Part shown: positions 15,099 to 29,520 of the stretch, piece after piece
How the letters are laid out: every line of letters begins with the position of its first letter
Numbering within the stretch: the first letter of the stretch is position 1
Source: Octopus vulgaris
Taxonomy: Eukaryota
DNA: 64,000 nucleotides
Direction: 5' to 3'
Assembly: GCA_951406725.2 (NCBI GenBank)
Contig: OX597821.1
Span: forward strand, 4,650,001-4,714,000
Position numbers and translations under genes: made by a program
Notes under the pieces: generated by a model
What the model was told of the DNA's origin: nothing
Databases searched by the model: none
The model's input: only the letters and a program-made list of their open reading frames with translations

Positions 15099-15255
15099 GG
15101 CGCTGGCATGGCTGCGTAGTTAAGAAGGGCGATTACCTGTCTAGTGGTTTAGGTTTCAGTCCCAACGCACTGCATCTTGGTCAAGTTCCTTCTACTATAT
15201 ATACAGGTTGGTAAATATTTTGTGAATGAATTTGGTAGACAAATCCCGTCATATA

Positions 15256-15311
<56 letters not shown>

Positions 15312-15580
15312 GTATATATGAGTGTGTGTATGTATGTATGTATATATATATATGTGTGTGAATGTGTGAGGTGTTGTATTTGTATCCTCACAAGCGCATT
15401 ACAACCAGCGGTTTTGGTTTGCTTACATCCACCAGAATTAGCGGTTCGGTAAAAGAAACTAATAGGATAATCTACAAATATTTTACAAATAAATATTGGA
15501 GTTATTTGTTCGTCTGGGCTATTGAAGGTCGTGTCGCAGCATTACCACAATGCAATGTCTGGAACAATTATGCAATAAGG
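15099..15580 (+). mobile_element. SINE family A, decayed
   Basis: TCAGTCCCA, TTTGGTAGAC and TTAGCGGTTCGG blocks. Confidence 0.7.
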
Positions 15581-18376
15581 AATACGTGATCAAACACGGG
15601 ACAAAAGGAAAATAATTCTCATTTTCGATAACATTTTCTCTATGAGGAAGTCGAAGACTTTTGCGATTGCATTTTCTAATATGTTATAGAGCGCTTCTAT
15701 GGGTCAAGTCTGACCACGTTTCTGGACATACATTTGTGGGCCTGGAAAATCATATTGGTGGAAGAATGCTACCCATGGATGCAAGTTTTCTGTTTCGAAA
15801 TTACTGGAAAATCATGTTGGTGAAAGAATGAAATTTACCCTTGCATGCAGGTCTTCTGTCTCCATATTACCCCTATGTGTAACCAAGGGAATAGCACCGA
15901 CTTGACATAGTATAGATTACTTTATTAAATCATGCATGGCCGAACATAGAGGGGACAATACAATATAGCATTTTTCTTTTCAAAACCGATCAATGGGGAT
16001 CGAAAACGCTTTGGGAAGTGTACACAAGGAGATAACAAGGTAATGTTTTAACAACAGAAATTCCCAAACAGGGGAAAAAATATAATACTGACTAGAGGTA
16101 TCACTGGAAAGAAAAACTTATGAAAAAACCTCGGTAACCTCGGACAAATATGAGTGCAGAGCGCTTATTCTCTTCTTGCCTTATAGGATGATGTTCAATA
16201 GGTGTCTCTATCGCCGAAAACATTACAGTTAGGATGCAAAAAAAGTAGAGTAGACACTGCACGGTGTCATGCTCGTTAAAAAAAAATCCTATCTTGGTTT
16301 GGTATTTTTTCTTCAACCGCAAAATAGTGAAACGGAAAGCTAGTCTATCCAATATTTCAGTTACGAATGGAAAGTGCTAGTTGTAATATCGGTCGGCATT
16401 ATATTAAACGCTCTAACGAGCTATCTCAGCCATTTCAATGAAGTGAGATGTGAAGGATTTATTATTTATAATTTCCCCCAATTTATCATTTGTGATTAGG
16501 AGTGAATAACCTTAATAAGCTCTATAAGATCATTTGTGATATGAGGCATGGAGAGTTTTACTTTCCGGGCTCTAGCGCTCTGATGAGTGCCAAGAAGATA
16601 TGAAAGACGCTAGTTTCATTGCCTTGACTTCGAATTACTGACATCTTCTTAAGTCTGTATCTATTTATACGAAGGTGAAGTGCTCGAACTGTTACATTCT
16701 GGTTCCCTTGTAGCGTTTGTATTCCACATTTCTAAGTTAACGTTTCACTCACAATTGATTGGTGAACGTTTATTTTCCTAACTTACTATAACAAAACTGG
16801 GATATGTTATATTTGATTTAATGACACCCATGCAGTTATTTCTAATATTGCAAATAACATGTTTATAATTTCATTGTGGATATTTTTATAACAATTTTAT
16901 TTAGCGTCATTAAAATATTCACTGAATATTCACAGACATTAAAATCCATAATGCAAATATGCATGATTTGTAAAGTGATGAAGCCGGTCCGGCAAATTAC
17001 CACTTTGTGCCTAATTTAAATAATGATTACTTATACGTTCCACATCACACATAGATTTTTAAAATGTGTGGCGAATCAGCGGTGAGAACTTCAAGAGAAT
17101 CATCAATAATTCTCTGTCTGCGAGATATACTTACATCTGATTACATTTATTTACGTTCCACTGCGGAAATATCATGAAATGCAGGCTAACTATTTTAGAT
17201 CTATCTTATAGTATCCATAGATGACGTGCATAAAATAACGCTTAAAGATTTAATCAAGCCTATGCCAAATGCATGATAATGAAATTTCTATGTCTCTGCT
17301 GTCTTATCATTAATATCTGACTAAATAAGAATTGCTGCCATGCTTTTCTCATAGTAATGCGATGATTGCTTTCTATCTGACGAGAGACAACTCAGAAATG
17401 AAACTTGTTGCAATTGTCTCCCTAATTATCCGCGTGCAAGGAGGTTAATAATATGTTTTTTTTATTTTCTTCCATTGGTGTCATAAGCTTTATCAATATT
17501 GAATTTTCCTTTCCAAACATTTTGCAAGCGATTTCAAATTAAACGCTACCGGTTTCAACAAAGATAGTTTTATCTAACCAAGCTAAATAGCCTCTGATAT
17601 TACAAATATGAGATCACCACGAATTGAAGGAATTTACTCCATACAGATATACTTAGGGTTAAGCAACAATTATATTATCATAATCAACAACAAGTCACCA
17701 GTAAATAATTACACATATTATAAATTCTAACTAGAGAATTATCAACAATCTGAATTAGAAAGGCTTCAAAATACGGAAGCACGTAAACACAACAATAAAT
17801 GAATATAAGATATTAAAACACGATCCAATTACTGGAAGTCCATTCTTAATAATCCATCCTGATATGGATACAATCTACACAACCGAAAGAATAATAACAC
17901 AATTGTTCACGGTATTAAACATAGGTGTATGCATAATACACCTATGCATGAGCTGATTAGAAAGCATTTTAAAACAAAGAAGGCAATGTCGTCTGTCCAA
18001 ATTATCGACAAGCGTCTGCGTTTGCAAATGACTAAGTAAGCTAAACTCTACATAGTTGTCTTTTTTTATGCTTGCAATTACTTATGCGAGATCTAATGGG
18101 AGTGGCATTTATGTGGTTGAATGAGTTGATTAAAATAATGACCAAATTTCTCAGGAATCTCTAATAAAATCAATGACCATCCCGAAATATAATAATATCT
18201 AATGTGGAAGTATTGAAACATAATCTGCGCGTTCTCGCTTTTCCCTCACAGGAAAAAGAACTCTCCACATAGAAAACTGAAATATAAACCTAGGGTTCTC
18301 TCCCAGTGAGAAGAACATTTACCCCATCTCTCATCTCATGCTGACCATTCGCTCTCTCTCTCTCTCTCTCTCTCTG

Positions 18377-18411
<35 letters not shown>

Positions 18412-18852
18412 TCTCTTACTCTATAAACAACCATAACAGCAGCAGGAGTTCCCTACCAATATTATATATACCCACACGCATTCCATAATTTTCTGCATTA
18501 TATACTCACATAGAGGCGCTCAGATGCGCACATGTATTTAAGTGGCTGTCTGTTTATACAGGCAAATACAATTGTATAGGTACATATGCATGAGTGTTCG
18601 TTAGACATACATATATATACGTTTGTATATATACGTATTTATGTATTTATTATCCAATCACAGTAACATTTACTCTGCATGAAACAATGGAATGTCAGCT
18701 CCTCTTGCTAGTAATTCGACCCATTAGATAATTCTTCCACTCATTCTTTGAAAACAATTGTTTTACCCGGAAAAATTATCGTTGATATAATTTTCATAGA
18801 TTACATGAGAAAATTCTACCCATAACTGGTCTACCACAAAACCTTTTCTGTG

Positions 18853-19712
18853 CGAGGTCTGATCAATAAGTATTTTGTCTGTTACGATAATAACGAAACT
18901 AAAGAACGCAGAGTACAGCCGCTTAGCAAAGATAGATGTTAAACTTTGTTGTCCATGTCCAATAAGTTTTAGCTCGCTTCTGCTGTTTACAGCAGTGCTC
19001 CGAAGGGAGTTGTGTAGCGTGTGATCGTCGCATTGACAATGACAGAGAAGGATGTCATGGCGATACCTGCTCAGACGCCTACGCAAAGTTGCAGAAAGAG
19101 TATGGAGAGGAGTGTATGTCCCGCACACAAGCGTACGATTGGTTCAGACGTTTCGAAAACGGCTGGAAAAAATGTCGATATTGACGAACGTTCTGGATGA
19201 CCCACAACCAGCAGAACTGAGAACAACATCGCATATGTGTGTGCAGCTGTGAGGGAAATCGTCAAATCCTCATCTGTAAGTTATCAGAAGATGTACACAT
19301 TAGTTACGGTTCATTACACTACATTAATACTGAAGATTTGGGTATGAAACGCGCGTCCACCAAGTTTGTGCTAAAACTGCTTTCAACTCACAAAAATGAC
19401 ACTCGGGTGTCGACAACGAGGAAAAACTTTTGAAAACGTTGCGTAGGGCTCTTAGCAAGTATTGCGAAGCTTTTGGCAAAATTTCATGAAAATTCTCTAC
19501 TCAACTTTCTTTGTCATTTTGAAGGCGTCGATCATACGCTACACACGTTCCTTCCAAGCAATGCTGCTTGAGAGTGGAAGTAAGCTAGAACATTAAAACT
19601 CAATGTGCATGCACAGCAGAGTTCAAGGTCAACCTGTGTCAAGCGGCTTCAGTCTGCATTCTTTAGCTTCATTATCATGGCAACACTCCGGAAATTTATT
19701 GATCAGACCTCG
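18853..19712 (+). mobile_element. Internally deleted mariner element
   Basis: TIRs CGAGGTCTGATCAATAA/TTATTGATCAGACCTCG extending imperfectly >100 bp; TA on the right, TG on the left; transposase remnant inside. Confidence 0.88.
19062..19420 (+). pseudogene. Mariner transposase N-terminal HTH remnant
   Basis: AYAKLQKEYGEECMSRTQAYDWFRRFENG / DERSG*PTTSRTENNI / LGMKRASTKFVLKLL (WVPxxL-like); catalytic domain absent. Confidence 0.85.
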
Positions 19713-20419
19713 TATATATATATATATATATCAATTCTGTGCACATAAAGAAGTGTAAAGTTTCTCATAAGATAATATGTTTATAGACATATATTAGCAT
19801 AGGAAAATCATATAAAATTGCCATCGGTTATGATTTTTTTTTTGTTTAAGATAAAAGTACAAGGCAAACATCTTTTATATATACATATGTGGCGAACAAG
19901 TTATGAAAAGTATGAGTAACGTTCATCTCAATATATTTATATATTTATATGTAAGTACACTTGCACTTAGGTTCCACGCGCGTACGTGCTCACACACAGA
20001 CACACACACACAGACACACACAAAGATACACACACACATATATATTCTGTAAAAGATAATAATACTTTATAAGCTTAAAGCTTATGAGTGATAACCGTGT
20101 AATGACTAAAGAAAATAGTCGAATTTGGGGCATAGAAGGCCCAGAGGAAAGAACGCAGGGTTTCCACGGAAACCAATATTGCACTATTTTTATTAGTCAT
20201 TACAAGCTGATCGCTTATAAGGTTTGAGCTTAAGAAATATTATTATTAGCATTTCCAGAATTGTAGATGTCGACACTGCTTACGAAAAACCATCGCATAT
20301 TTATAAATGTGTATGTGTATGTGTGTGTGTGTGTGTGTGTTTGTGCGTGTATTTGTGTATGTGTGTATGTGTGTATGTGTCCATAAGAATGTGTATATGT
20401 TTGTCAATATATAGATATG

Positions 20420-21045
20420 AGGTTAAGTCGGTGAGCTGGTTGAAACGTTAGTACGCCGACGAAATGCGTAGCCGTATTTCGTCTGCCGTTACGTTCTGAG
20501 TTCAAATTCCGCCGAAGTCGACTTTGCCTTTCATCCTTTCGGGGTCTATTAAATAAGTACCATTTACGTTCTGGGGTCGAAGTAATCGACTTAATCCGTT
20601 TGTCTGTCCTTGTTTGTCCCTTCTGTATTTAGCCCCTTGTGGGTAGTAAAGAAATAGGTATTTCATCTGCTGCTATGTTCTGAGTTCAAATTCCGCCGAG
20701 GTCGACTTTGCCTTTCAACCTTTCGGGGTCGATAAATTAAGTACCAGTTACGCACTGGTGTTGATATAATCGACTTAATCCATTTCTCTGTGCTTGTTTG
20801 TCCCCTCTGTGTTTAGCTCCTTGTGGGCAATAAAAAATAAGAAATATGGCGGCGAGTTGACATAATTATTAAAACTCCAGGCAAATTCCCTTCGCAGCAT
20901 TTCGTCAATCCTCACTTTCTGAGTTCAAAATCTGCCGAAGTCAACATTACCTTTCATGCGCTTGGCGGATCGATACAATATTTAACAGCTGAATGCATGA
21001 GTCCATATCATCGACTTATCTTGCTTCCCCGAAATTTGAAACCAA
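20420..21045 (+). mobile_element. Tandem SINE family B units (three)
   Basis: Repeated TTCTGAGTTCAAATTCCGCCGAnGTCGACTTTGCCTTTCA. Confidence 0.82.
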
Positions 21046-21450
21046 TATACATGAATGTGAGTGTGATTGTGTGTGTGTATGCGAGGGAGGGAGAGAGAGA
21101 GAGAGAGAGGGTGTGTATATATATGATGGCAGCTCACGAAATAATTTTATATTTGAAATCGACTTCATATTGAAAATATCAGTTCGATAAGTAGACCTTC
21201 GCGAAAGATTGATGTCACCGTTACTTCTTTCAACACACACACATACACACGCACACAAACACACGCACATACACACATCCATATATATATATATATATAT
21301 ATACATATGTGTATATATATATATAGGTGTATATATATATATATGTATATATATATACGTTTATATATGTGTATATATATGTATATATATACATGTATAT
21401 ATATATGTATATATATATATATATGCATATATATATGTACATGTATATAT

Positions 21451-21505
<55 letters not shown>

Positions 21506-22197
21506 TATATCGTTGTATATGCAAGATATAAATGTTGGTGCGTTGCTACAACAGGATCAGATAATAGAAGACAGTCTAAAATATCAGTCACTCAATGAAG
21601 ATTCTAAAGGATGAACAAATATGGAAATGACGAAGTGTTAGTCGTGGATACAGGAAGCATGAAAGTGTAATTAATAACTATTATCCAATATAGTGCCCTT
21701 TCCTTGTCTACATAATATATACATATTTATATATATATGTGTGTGTGTGTGTAAGTATATGTTTGTCTTTACATATAAAGGATTGCAGAATGGAAGACGA
21801 AAGAGAGAGATAGGCACACGCAGACACAGAGAGACAAAGAGATACAATGATACGATGAAATAGGAGAGATAATATAAAGGGATGCGAGAATGTTTGTTTA
21901 GCTAGATCCTCGGCGTTTATTATCGATAAGGTGTCAAAGAGTATAAATAGAGATGTTATTCGATACAGCTTTATTTCAAAGACGTGGAATTCATTGGTTC
22001 GTAACACCAATATCAAATAAATTGCAAAACTGATGACTTGTAATAAATTCTCAAAGAATCAAAACCCATTATGGTATCACCATGGTGAATGAAAGAGTAG
22101 AAACGTTGTTTTTCTTTCATACAGCCTTTTCTTTGTCTACGTTTTAGATGAAGAAATATAAAAGAACACACACATACAAACACACACACACACACAC

Positions 22198-22259
<62 letters not shown>

Positions 22260-22821
22260 ATACACACAGACATACATACATATGTGTGTGTGTGGAATGT
22301 ATAAATTATATGATAAAGAAATATAGAAAAGAATATAATAATGAGGCAAACAAACACCAACAAATTATCTATCGATTGTATTTCTCTGTTTCTGTTATAT
22401 ATTTATTTATTTCTGTATTTTTGTGAGATTGTGTGTTATTTGATCATTGCAAACAGAAAATCTTTGAAAATGCCAATTTTTGAAGGAATTTCCTTTGTTG
22501 GAATTAAAGTATTTATTCTTTGCCAGCCATTCTTTCGTTTATGTCCTCTCTAACACTTCCTACCATTCAGCACCGCTCTTTCCTACTCACACTCTTCTCC
22601 TCTCTCTCTCTCTTTCTTTCTTTCTTTATTTCTTTTTGTCTTACTCTCCCCATTTATTACCCATTTTATTTATTTATATATAAATATATATATATGAATG
22701 TGTGTGTGTGTGCCTCCTGTTTAATTTCTCTGTCTAAAACATCCCAGACAACTGGCTCGAAGAAAGAATCATACACTTATATTCGTGTATGTGATTAAGA
22801 GAAATAAAATATGTATTCGTG

Positions 22822-22856
<35 letters not shown>

Positions 22857-22876
22857 GTATACATGTATTATGTTGA

Positions 22877-22919
<43 letters not shown>

Positions 22920-22999
22920 GTATATGGAGATGTATAAAACTATATATATATACATATATATATCCAATATGCGTGTGTGTATATTCGCGTGTATTATTT

Positions 23000-23045
<46 letters not shown>

Positions 23046-23888
23046 GAGAAAGGCAGACAGATTGACAGACAGACATACATAGACAGAGAGAGAGGGAGAG
23101 TGTGAGAGATAGATACTTAGATAAATCGATAGATAGATAGCCAAATGTATATGTGTGCATATACATGTAAATATATATATGTATGCGTGTTTCTGTGCGT
23201 GCGCGCATACATGTGCGTGAGTGTACATCCACATGTGGATAAGTATGTGTTTGTGCATATACAGAAAATATCGATGTGTACTTTCTAGAGGACTCATTTC
23301 CGTTTCTCTTGTACTCTTGTAAATATCTCCGGCGTTCTACAGCATTCCTTTCTACGTAGTTCCTCCTCTCACCCCCTCTGACTATAAATATGTCTGCCTT
23401 TCTCCTCGTCCTCCGCATTCCTCTCTTTCCCCCTCACTTAACTTTCTCCTTCCCTCTCTGTCTCATTCTCTATCTATCTCCGGTTCTTTCTGTCTTTTCT
23501 CCTATCTCTTTTCCTCTCTGTTCCTATTTCATTTTCTCCACTTCTGCTTACACTCCCGCTATCTTTTTCACTCCCTACATCCCTCCATTTGCTTCCAAAT
23601 AGCTTCGTCCTCTCACAGAATCCTTTTCACACAGAATCCCTTTCTGCATCTCATTAGCAATTTCTCAAACTTTCCGTCAAACTTCATTCACTCAACTCAA
23701 ACCTCTCCTCTCCATATTTATATCATTCAATCATGTTCAGTTATTCGATTTGAATGTAGTTTGTGTTGTTCTTCTTCTTGTTATGGTTAATTATTATTGT
23801 TGCATTGACTGTTAATAATTCCTTCTTCTCGTTGTTACCGTATACACAATTGCACACAAACACACACACACAACCTCACAAAGGTGTT

Positions 23889-23930
<42 letters not shown>

Positions 23931-24329
23931 TATATAATTGTACATATACACACACACACATATATATATTCATATATACACACATAGATTGTATATATAT
24001 ATATATATATATATATTATATTTATATATGTGTGTATATATATACATACACACGCCACTTAGATTTCTTCACTCTCGTCACATTTGTCTGTTGAGCAGAC
24101 CTAGGATCAAAGGCTCACCATGTACGACAATCTCACGCTTCTCTCATTTAAAATTGTGGTTCGAGAACTAAAATTTCTCACTCCTTTTCTAAGGCAGTGG
24201 TGCACAATTCCACATATATCTGCCTGTTGTTTCTAGCATCTAGGGACCGTATATGAGCTTCGCCTATGGATGCACTGTCATTATTTTCGTTGTTGGTGGT
24301 CTTCCTATGTTATTTGGTGAAATGTTGCG

Positions 24330-25000
24330 CTTTTATTCTTTATTCTTTTACTCTTTTACTTGTTTCAGTCATTTGACTGCGGCCATGCTGGAGCAGCGCC
24401 TTTAATCGAGCAACTCGACCCCGGGACTTATTCTTTGTAAGCCCAATACTTATTCTATCGCTCTCTTTTTGCCGAACCGCTAAGTGACGGGGACATAAAC
24501 ACACCGGCATCGGTTGTCAAGCGATGCTGGATGGGACAAACACAGGCACACAAACAAACACACACACACACACACACACATATATATTACTCTTTTACTC
24601 TTTTACTTGTTTCAGTCTTTTGACTGCGGCCATACTGGAGCACCGCCTTTAGTCGAGGAAATCGACCCGGGGACTTATTCTTTGTAAGCCCAGTACTTAT
24701 TCTATCGGTCGAACCGCTAATGACGGGGACGTAAACACACCAGCATTGGTTGTCAAGCAATGCTAGGGGGACAAACACAGACACACAAACACACACACGC
24801 ACACATATATATATATACATATATACGACGGGCTTCTTTCAGTTTCCGTCTACCGAATCCACTCACAAGGCTTTGGTCGGCCCGAGGCAATAGTAGAAGA
24901 CACCTGAACAAGGTGCCACGCAGTGGGACTTAACCCGGAACCATGTGGTTGGTAAACAAGCTACTTACCACACAGCCACTCCTTCGGCTATGTGTATATA

Positions 25001-25052
<52 letters not shown>

Positions 25053-25185
25053 CACATATACATATATACGACGGGCTTCTTTCACAAAGCTTTGGTTGGG
25101 CCGACGCTATAGTAGAAGGCACTTGGCCAAGGTGCTACGCAGTGGAACTGAACCCGGAACCACGGGGGTGGTAAGCAAGCTACTT
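24330..25185 (-). mobile_element. Cluster of three SINE family A copies (24330-24560, 24586-24988, 25066-25185)
   Basis: Repeated CTTGTTTCAGTCnTTTGACTGCGGCCAT and ATATACGACGGGCTTCTTTC blocks. Confidence 0.85.
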
Positions 25186-26497
25186 TATTTTATTTTATCA
25201 AATTTGCCATAAAGATTGGGTAGCTTTGCGGGCTGGACAAACACATTAATGAATGAAAATGAAATAAAATGAATAAATGAGAGACGAAACCCAACACCCG
25301 CCGATCGGATATTTTAAAAATCAATATGAGATTTCAAACCTCTTACAAGAAGGTGACAGTAAATCCTCTTACTTAACATGTTTTTTTTAAAACACAAAAT
25401 TGAGGTTATAGGCCACTACAAATGATACGATAAGATGAGGTTTCAAACCCTCTAACGCGGCTTTTTCACCTCCTACTCATCGATATATCCATCAATATAT
25501 CCATCATTATATTCAATGCCGCTTGAGCTCCTGTATCCCGCCATTTCCCATGCCTCACTTATGCAGGACATGTAAGTCATGTAAGGGCCACCCGGCCATA
25601 TACGACACTCCTCCCCATATCCTTTCCCACGAGGGAAACCTACTTACCATACAGCCACTTACCATATTTTGAATTATATATATATACTTACCATACAGCC
25701 ACTCCCGCGCTTTCTCTTTTATTTCTAATTTTTTGTGTGTGGGATTATATACATTCTTTTTTATATTTGCTGTTTTCATGATGACGTTGGTAGCTGTTGC
25801 TTCTGTTCTGGTGTCTGTCGCTCCTTAGTTACGTTTGTGTTGTTATTTGTGTTGGCTACTACGCATGCGTGAATGCAAGAACGTTTATTGGTTTGCGGGT
25901 TGTTGCCTATAAATGTCGCTGCATTTTATTTGTTACCATTGTCCTTGTGTTTGCCGTTGTTGATGATGATGATGATCATCATGTTGCTCTTCTCCTTGTT
26001 AATGTCGCTGTTTTTCCGCTTGCTGTTATTCATGCTGTTGTTGTTGTTATATTGTTGTTGTTATTTTTGTTGTTGTTATTGTTGTTGTTATTGTTGCTGT
26101 TGTTGCTGTTGTTGTTGTTGTTGTTGTTGTTTAATTCTACTTGATGTCTTCGAGAAGATTGTAGTGGTTGCGATTATCATTGCTGATGAGGTTGTTGGTG
26201 ATTTTCTATTATTGATGCTCTTGTTGTTGTTGTTGTTGATGTCAAAGATTTTGCCGTTGTTTTTGTTGTTCTTGTTGCTATTCTCATTGACGATAATGTT
26301 CTTGTTTATGGCGGCGATTCATTCTCATTGATGTTGATGTTCTTGATGTTGGAGTAGCTACTGATGTTCATACGTTTCTGATGTTGATGCTGTTGTTGCC
26401 TGAAGTGTGTGATGTTACTATTTTGTCATTGTTGTTGCTGTTGCTAAGATTATTACTCTCTCCCCATACCCTCTCTCTCTCTGTCTGTCTCTCTCCA

Positions 26498-26554
<57 letters not shown>

Positions 26555-27059
26555 CTCGTTTTTCTAATAATACATTCTAGTGTTTTGATCTGTTTTCAGA
26601 ATTATTCGTTTCTATTTGTTCAAAAACCGAAAATCAATTTAAATGTCTGCAACATCTATTCTTTTCGCCCTAGATGTTATGCGCAATTCTATATACTCTT
26701 TCATATCCTCCACGCCTCTAATCCGTAAATAAAATGGTTGATTCTATTATTATCCATCTTCGCACAATTATAATATATCTTTTATTATATTACATTTTCA
26801 GCTTTTCCTTCTATTTTATTATATTTTATAATATATTGGCACTTTGATTAATCATTCTGCTAACCCAAATTTACATATTTAGAATACATAATAATGATTC
26901 CTCTTACAAATGCACACGTCCTCTCATGTATGCGTGTATTCATTATATACATATGTATCTCTCTCTCCCTCTCTCTCTCTATGTCTGAATATATCTTCAT
27001 CTAAATATATTGATATACACGCAAATGTATATATATATATAATATGTATTTATATACAT

Positions 27060-27105
<46 letters not shown>

Positions 27106-27189
27106 TATACATACATAATATATATATATACATACATAATATATATATATATATATAATATATTATATGTTATGATATATAATATAATA

Positions 27190-27230
<41 letters not shown>

Positions 27231-27268
27231 ATATATAGATAATATATTATATGTTATGATTCATAATA

Positions 27269-27311
<43 letters not shown>

Positions 27312-27728
27312 CAAAATAATATTCTATATATAACCATTTATGTGTGTGTAGTAATAAATATGCAATAAATATGCTGTTTCATACACGTAAAATACATTTG
27401 GATGTAGAAATATTCATATTATTATAGAAATAAATTTAACCCAAGCACGGCCAGAGGGGGAATGGGGATGCTTATAAGTAGCAATATTTTAAATGTTGTT
27501 TTTTGATATTTTAACTTATTCCGTGTAATTACCGATAATTTTGCAAGCCTGTTGTTTTTGAAGTTGCAGTTGCTGATCTGCAATATAATCTTACGCACGC
27601 TGACTTATTATAGAGGCTTAGGAACGAGGATCTTAATCCATTTTAGTAATGCACTCACGATATTTCCATTATGTATGAATCATCACAGAGCCATATCAAC
27701 TAAACTTATTAAGAAAGACGCGTACAAA

Positions 27729-28056
27729 GGCGGCAGGGCTGGCGGAGACGTTAGCACGCCGGGTGAAAGGCGTAGCCGTATTTCGTCTGCCGTTACGTTC
27801 TGAGTTCAAATTCCACCGAGGTCGACTTTGCCTTCTATCCTTTCGGGGTCGATTAAATAACTACCAGTTACGCACTGGGGTCGATATAATCGACTTAATC
27901 CTTGTTTGTCTCCTCTGTGTTTAGCCCCTTGTGGTTAGTAAGGAAATAGGTATTACGTTTGCTGTTACGTCCTGAGTTCAAATTCCGCCGAGGTCGACAT
28001 TGCCTTCTATCCTTTCGGTGTCGATTAAATAACTACCAGTCACGCACTGGGGTCAA
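27729..28056 (+). mobile_element. SINE family B with partial tandem duplication
   Basis: Same motifs as 20420-20840. Confidence 0.82.
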
Positions 28057-28528
28057 TGCTTTCGGTAAGCAAACTACTTACGGCACAACCACGGCTGCGC
28101 CTATATACACATATATATATGTGTGTGTGTTTGTGTGTGTCATCGTTCGGCATTCACGTTCGACATTTACACACACACACACACACGCAGTAGAATGCAT
28201 AAATGCATAATATATGTTGCTGCGGAAACCAAAGTATCTTGAGTTATGGCACTAACAATTTGGAAAAAGAACGGAATTGTTAGCGCCTTGTAGTCATACA
28301 GCTAAGTACATTTTAGATGAATATCAGCCTCCTTCAATTTCCTTTTGCTACGGAAGAAGAATTGGTTTTGAAATGTTTAATTCAGATGTTGTATTAATAT
28401 GAATTTTAGCATGTGTAAATGGATGACCATGTTTGGGTATGCATATATATTCACATGTTCTTATGTAAGTATACGTACATACATACATACATATATATTT
28501 TTATATATATATATATATGTGTGTTTGT

Positions 28529-28576
<48 letters not shown>

Positions 28577-28585
28577 AAGACACAT

Positions 28586-28637
<52 letters not shown>

Positions 28638-28969
28638 TTACATTTATGTATCTGGACGACTGTAAGCAAGACGCACCTGCGCATACATAGTTATTCTTTT
28701 CAAAAATGTTAATTAAATAGTTGAAATAAAATTATTACTTAAAATATTACTTCAATTTTTTTCTGAAACAATGGTTTTATGAGGCAAGTGCTTACAAAGA
28801 CATCGCTCTTATGAAGTGTAAGACGATTAGAGTATTGCCCTTAGAAGCAGGAATGAAAAAGGAAACATGAGCTCGAAGCAGTGTCCTCCGTAAGGATTAT
28901 AAAATTCAGAGATCCATTGGTATTATCGCTGATGAGGAAATTCTTACAATATATGTGTAAATAGCCATG

Positions 28970-29148
28970 ATAGATCGCTAGCCACTAAGCCTTTTCTATC
29001 TTCTTTTTCTGTTTATTTCTGTGTTCCTCTCCGTCAAAGAGCTTAGGCTCGAAGCGTGAAAGACTTTCTCACTTCCCACATCAGTTTGTTGTTTACACAC
29101 CCGTCTTCGTCTTTTACCTTTTGTAAATTCTCACTGTATATATCTCTC

Positions 29149-29179
<31 letters not shown>

Positions 29180-29440
29180 TTCGCTCTCGCGTCTCATGTT
29201 TGATCTTTGACTTCTGGCCGAAATCAGATCGCCATGTTGATTCGTTACCTACTGCACGCATTTTTTTCTCTCCTTCTTTCTGTGTTTTTTTTTCTCTCTG
29301 TGTATCTTTCTGTTGAAGAGAGTAGGCTCGAAACGTTAAAGACTTGTTTTATTTATATTTCCTGAGCGCCATACTAATACAATTGTCTGTTTGTTTTCCA
29401 CCTGCCTTCGTCTTTTGTCTATTTTCATAAAGCTTCCCGT
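28970..29440 (+). mobile_element. Two tandem diverged copies of the third PLE-type terminal repeat
   Basis: Shared AGAGnnTAGGCTCGAAnCGTnAAAGAC and CTTCGTCTTTT blocks; each copy ends in (TA)n. Confidence 0.6.
29305..29342 (+). ncRNA. Variant minimal hammerhead (CUGUUGA core)
   Basis: TCTTT CTGTTGA a GAG agtagg CTC GAAAC GTT AAAGA. Confidence 0.5.

Positions 29441-29520
<80 letters not shown>

Noticed and set aside
15742-15870. Two-unit ~65-bp tandem duplication (also a TA-rich duplication at 27110-27310)
   Set aside because: Ordinary local duplications with no further structure.
20420-21045. CRISPR-like repeat array
   Set aside because: Tandem SINE units in eukaryotic DNA; no repeat-spacer periodicity and no cas genes.
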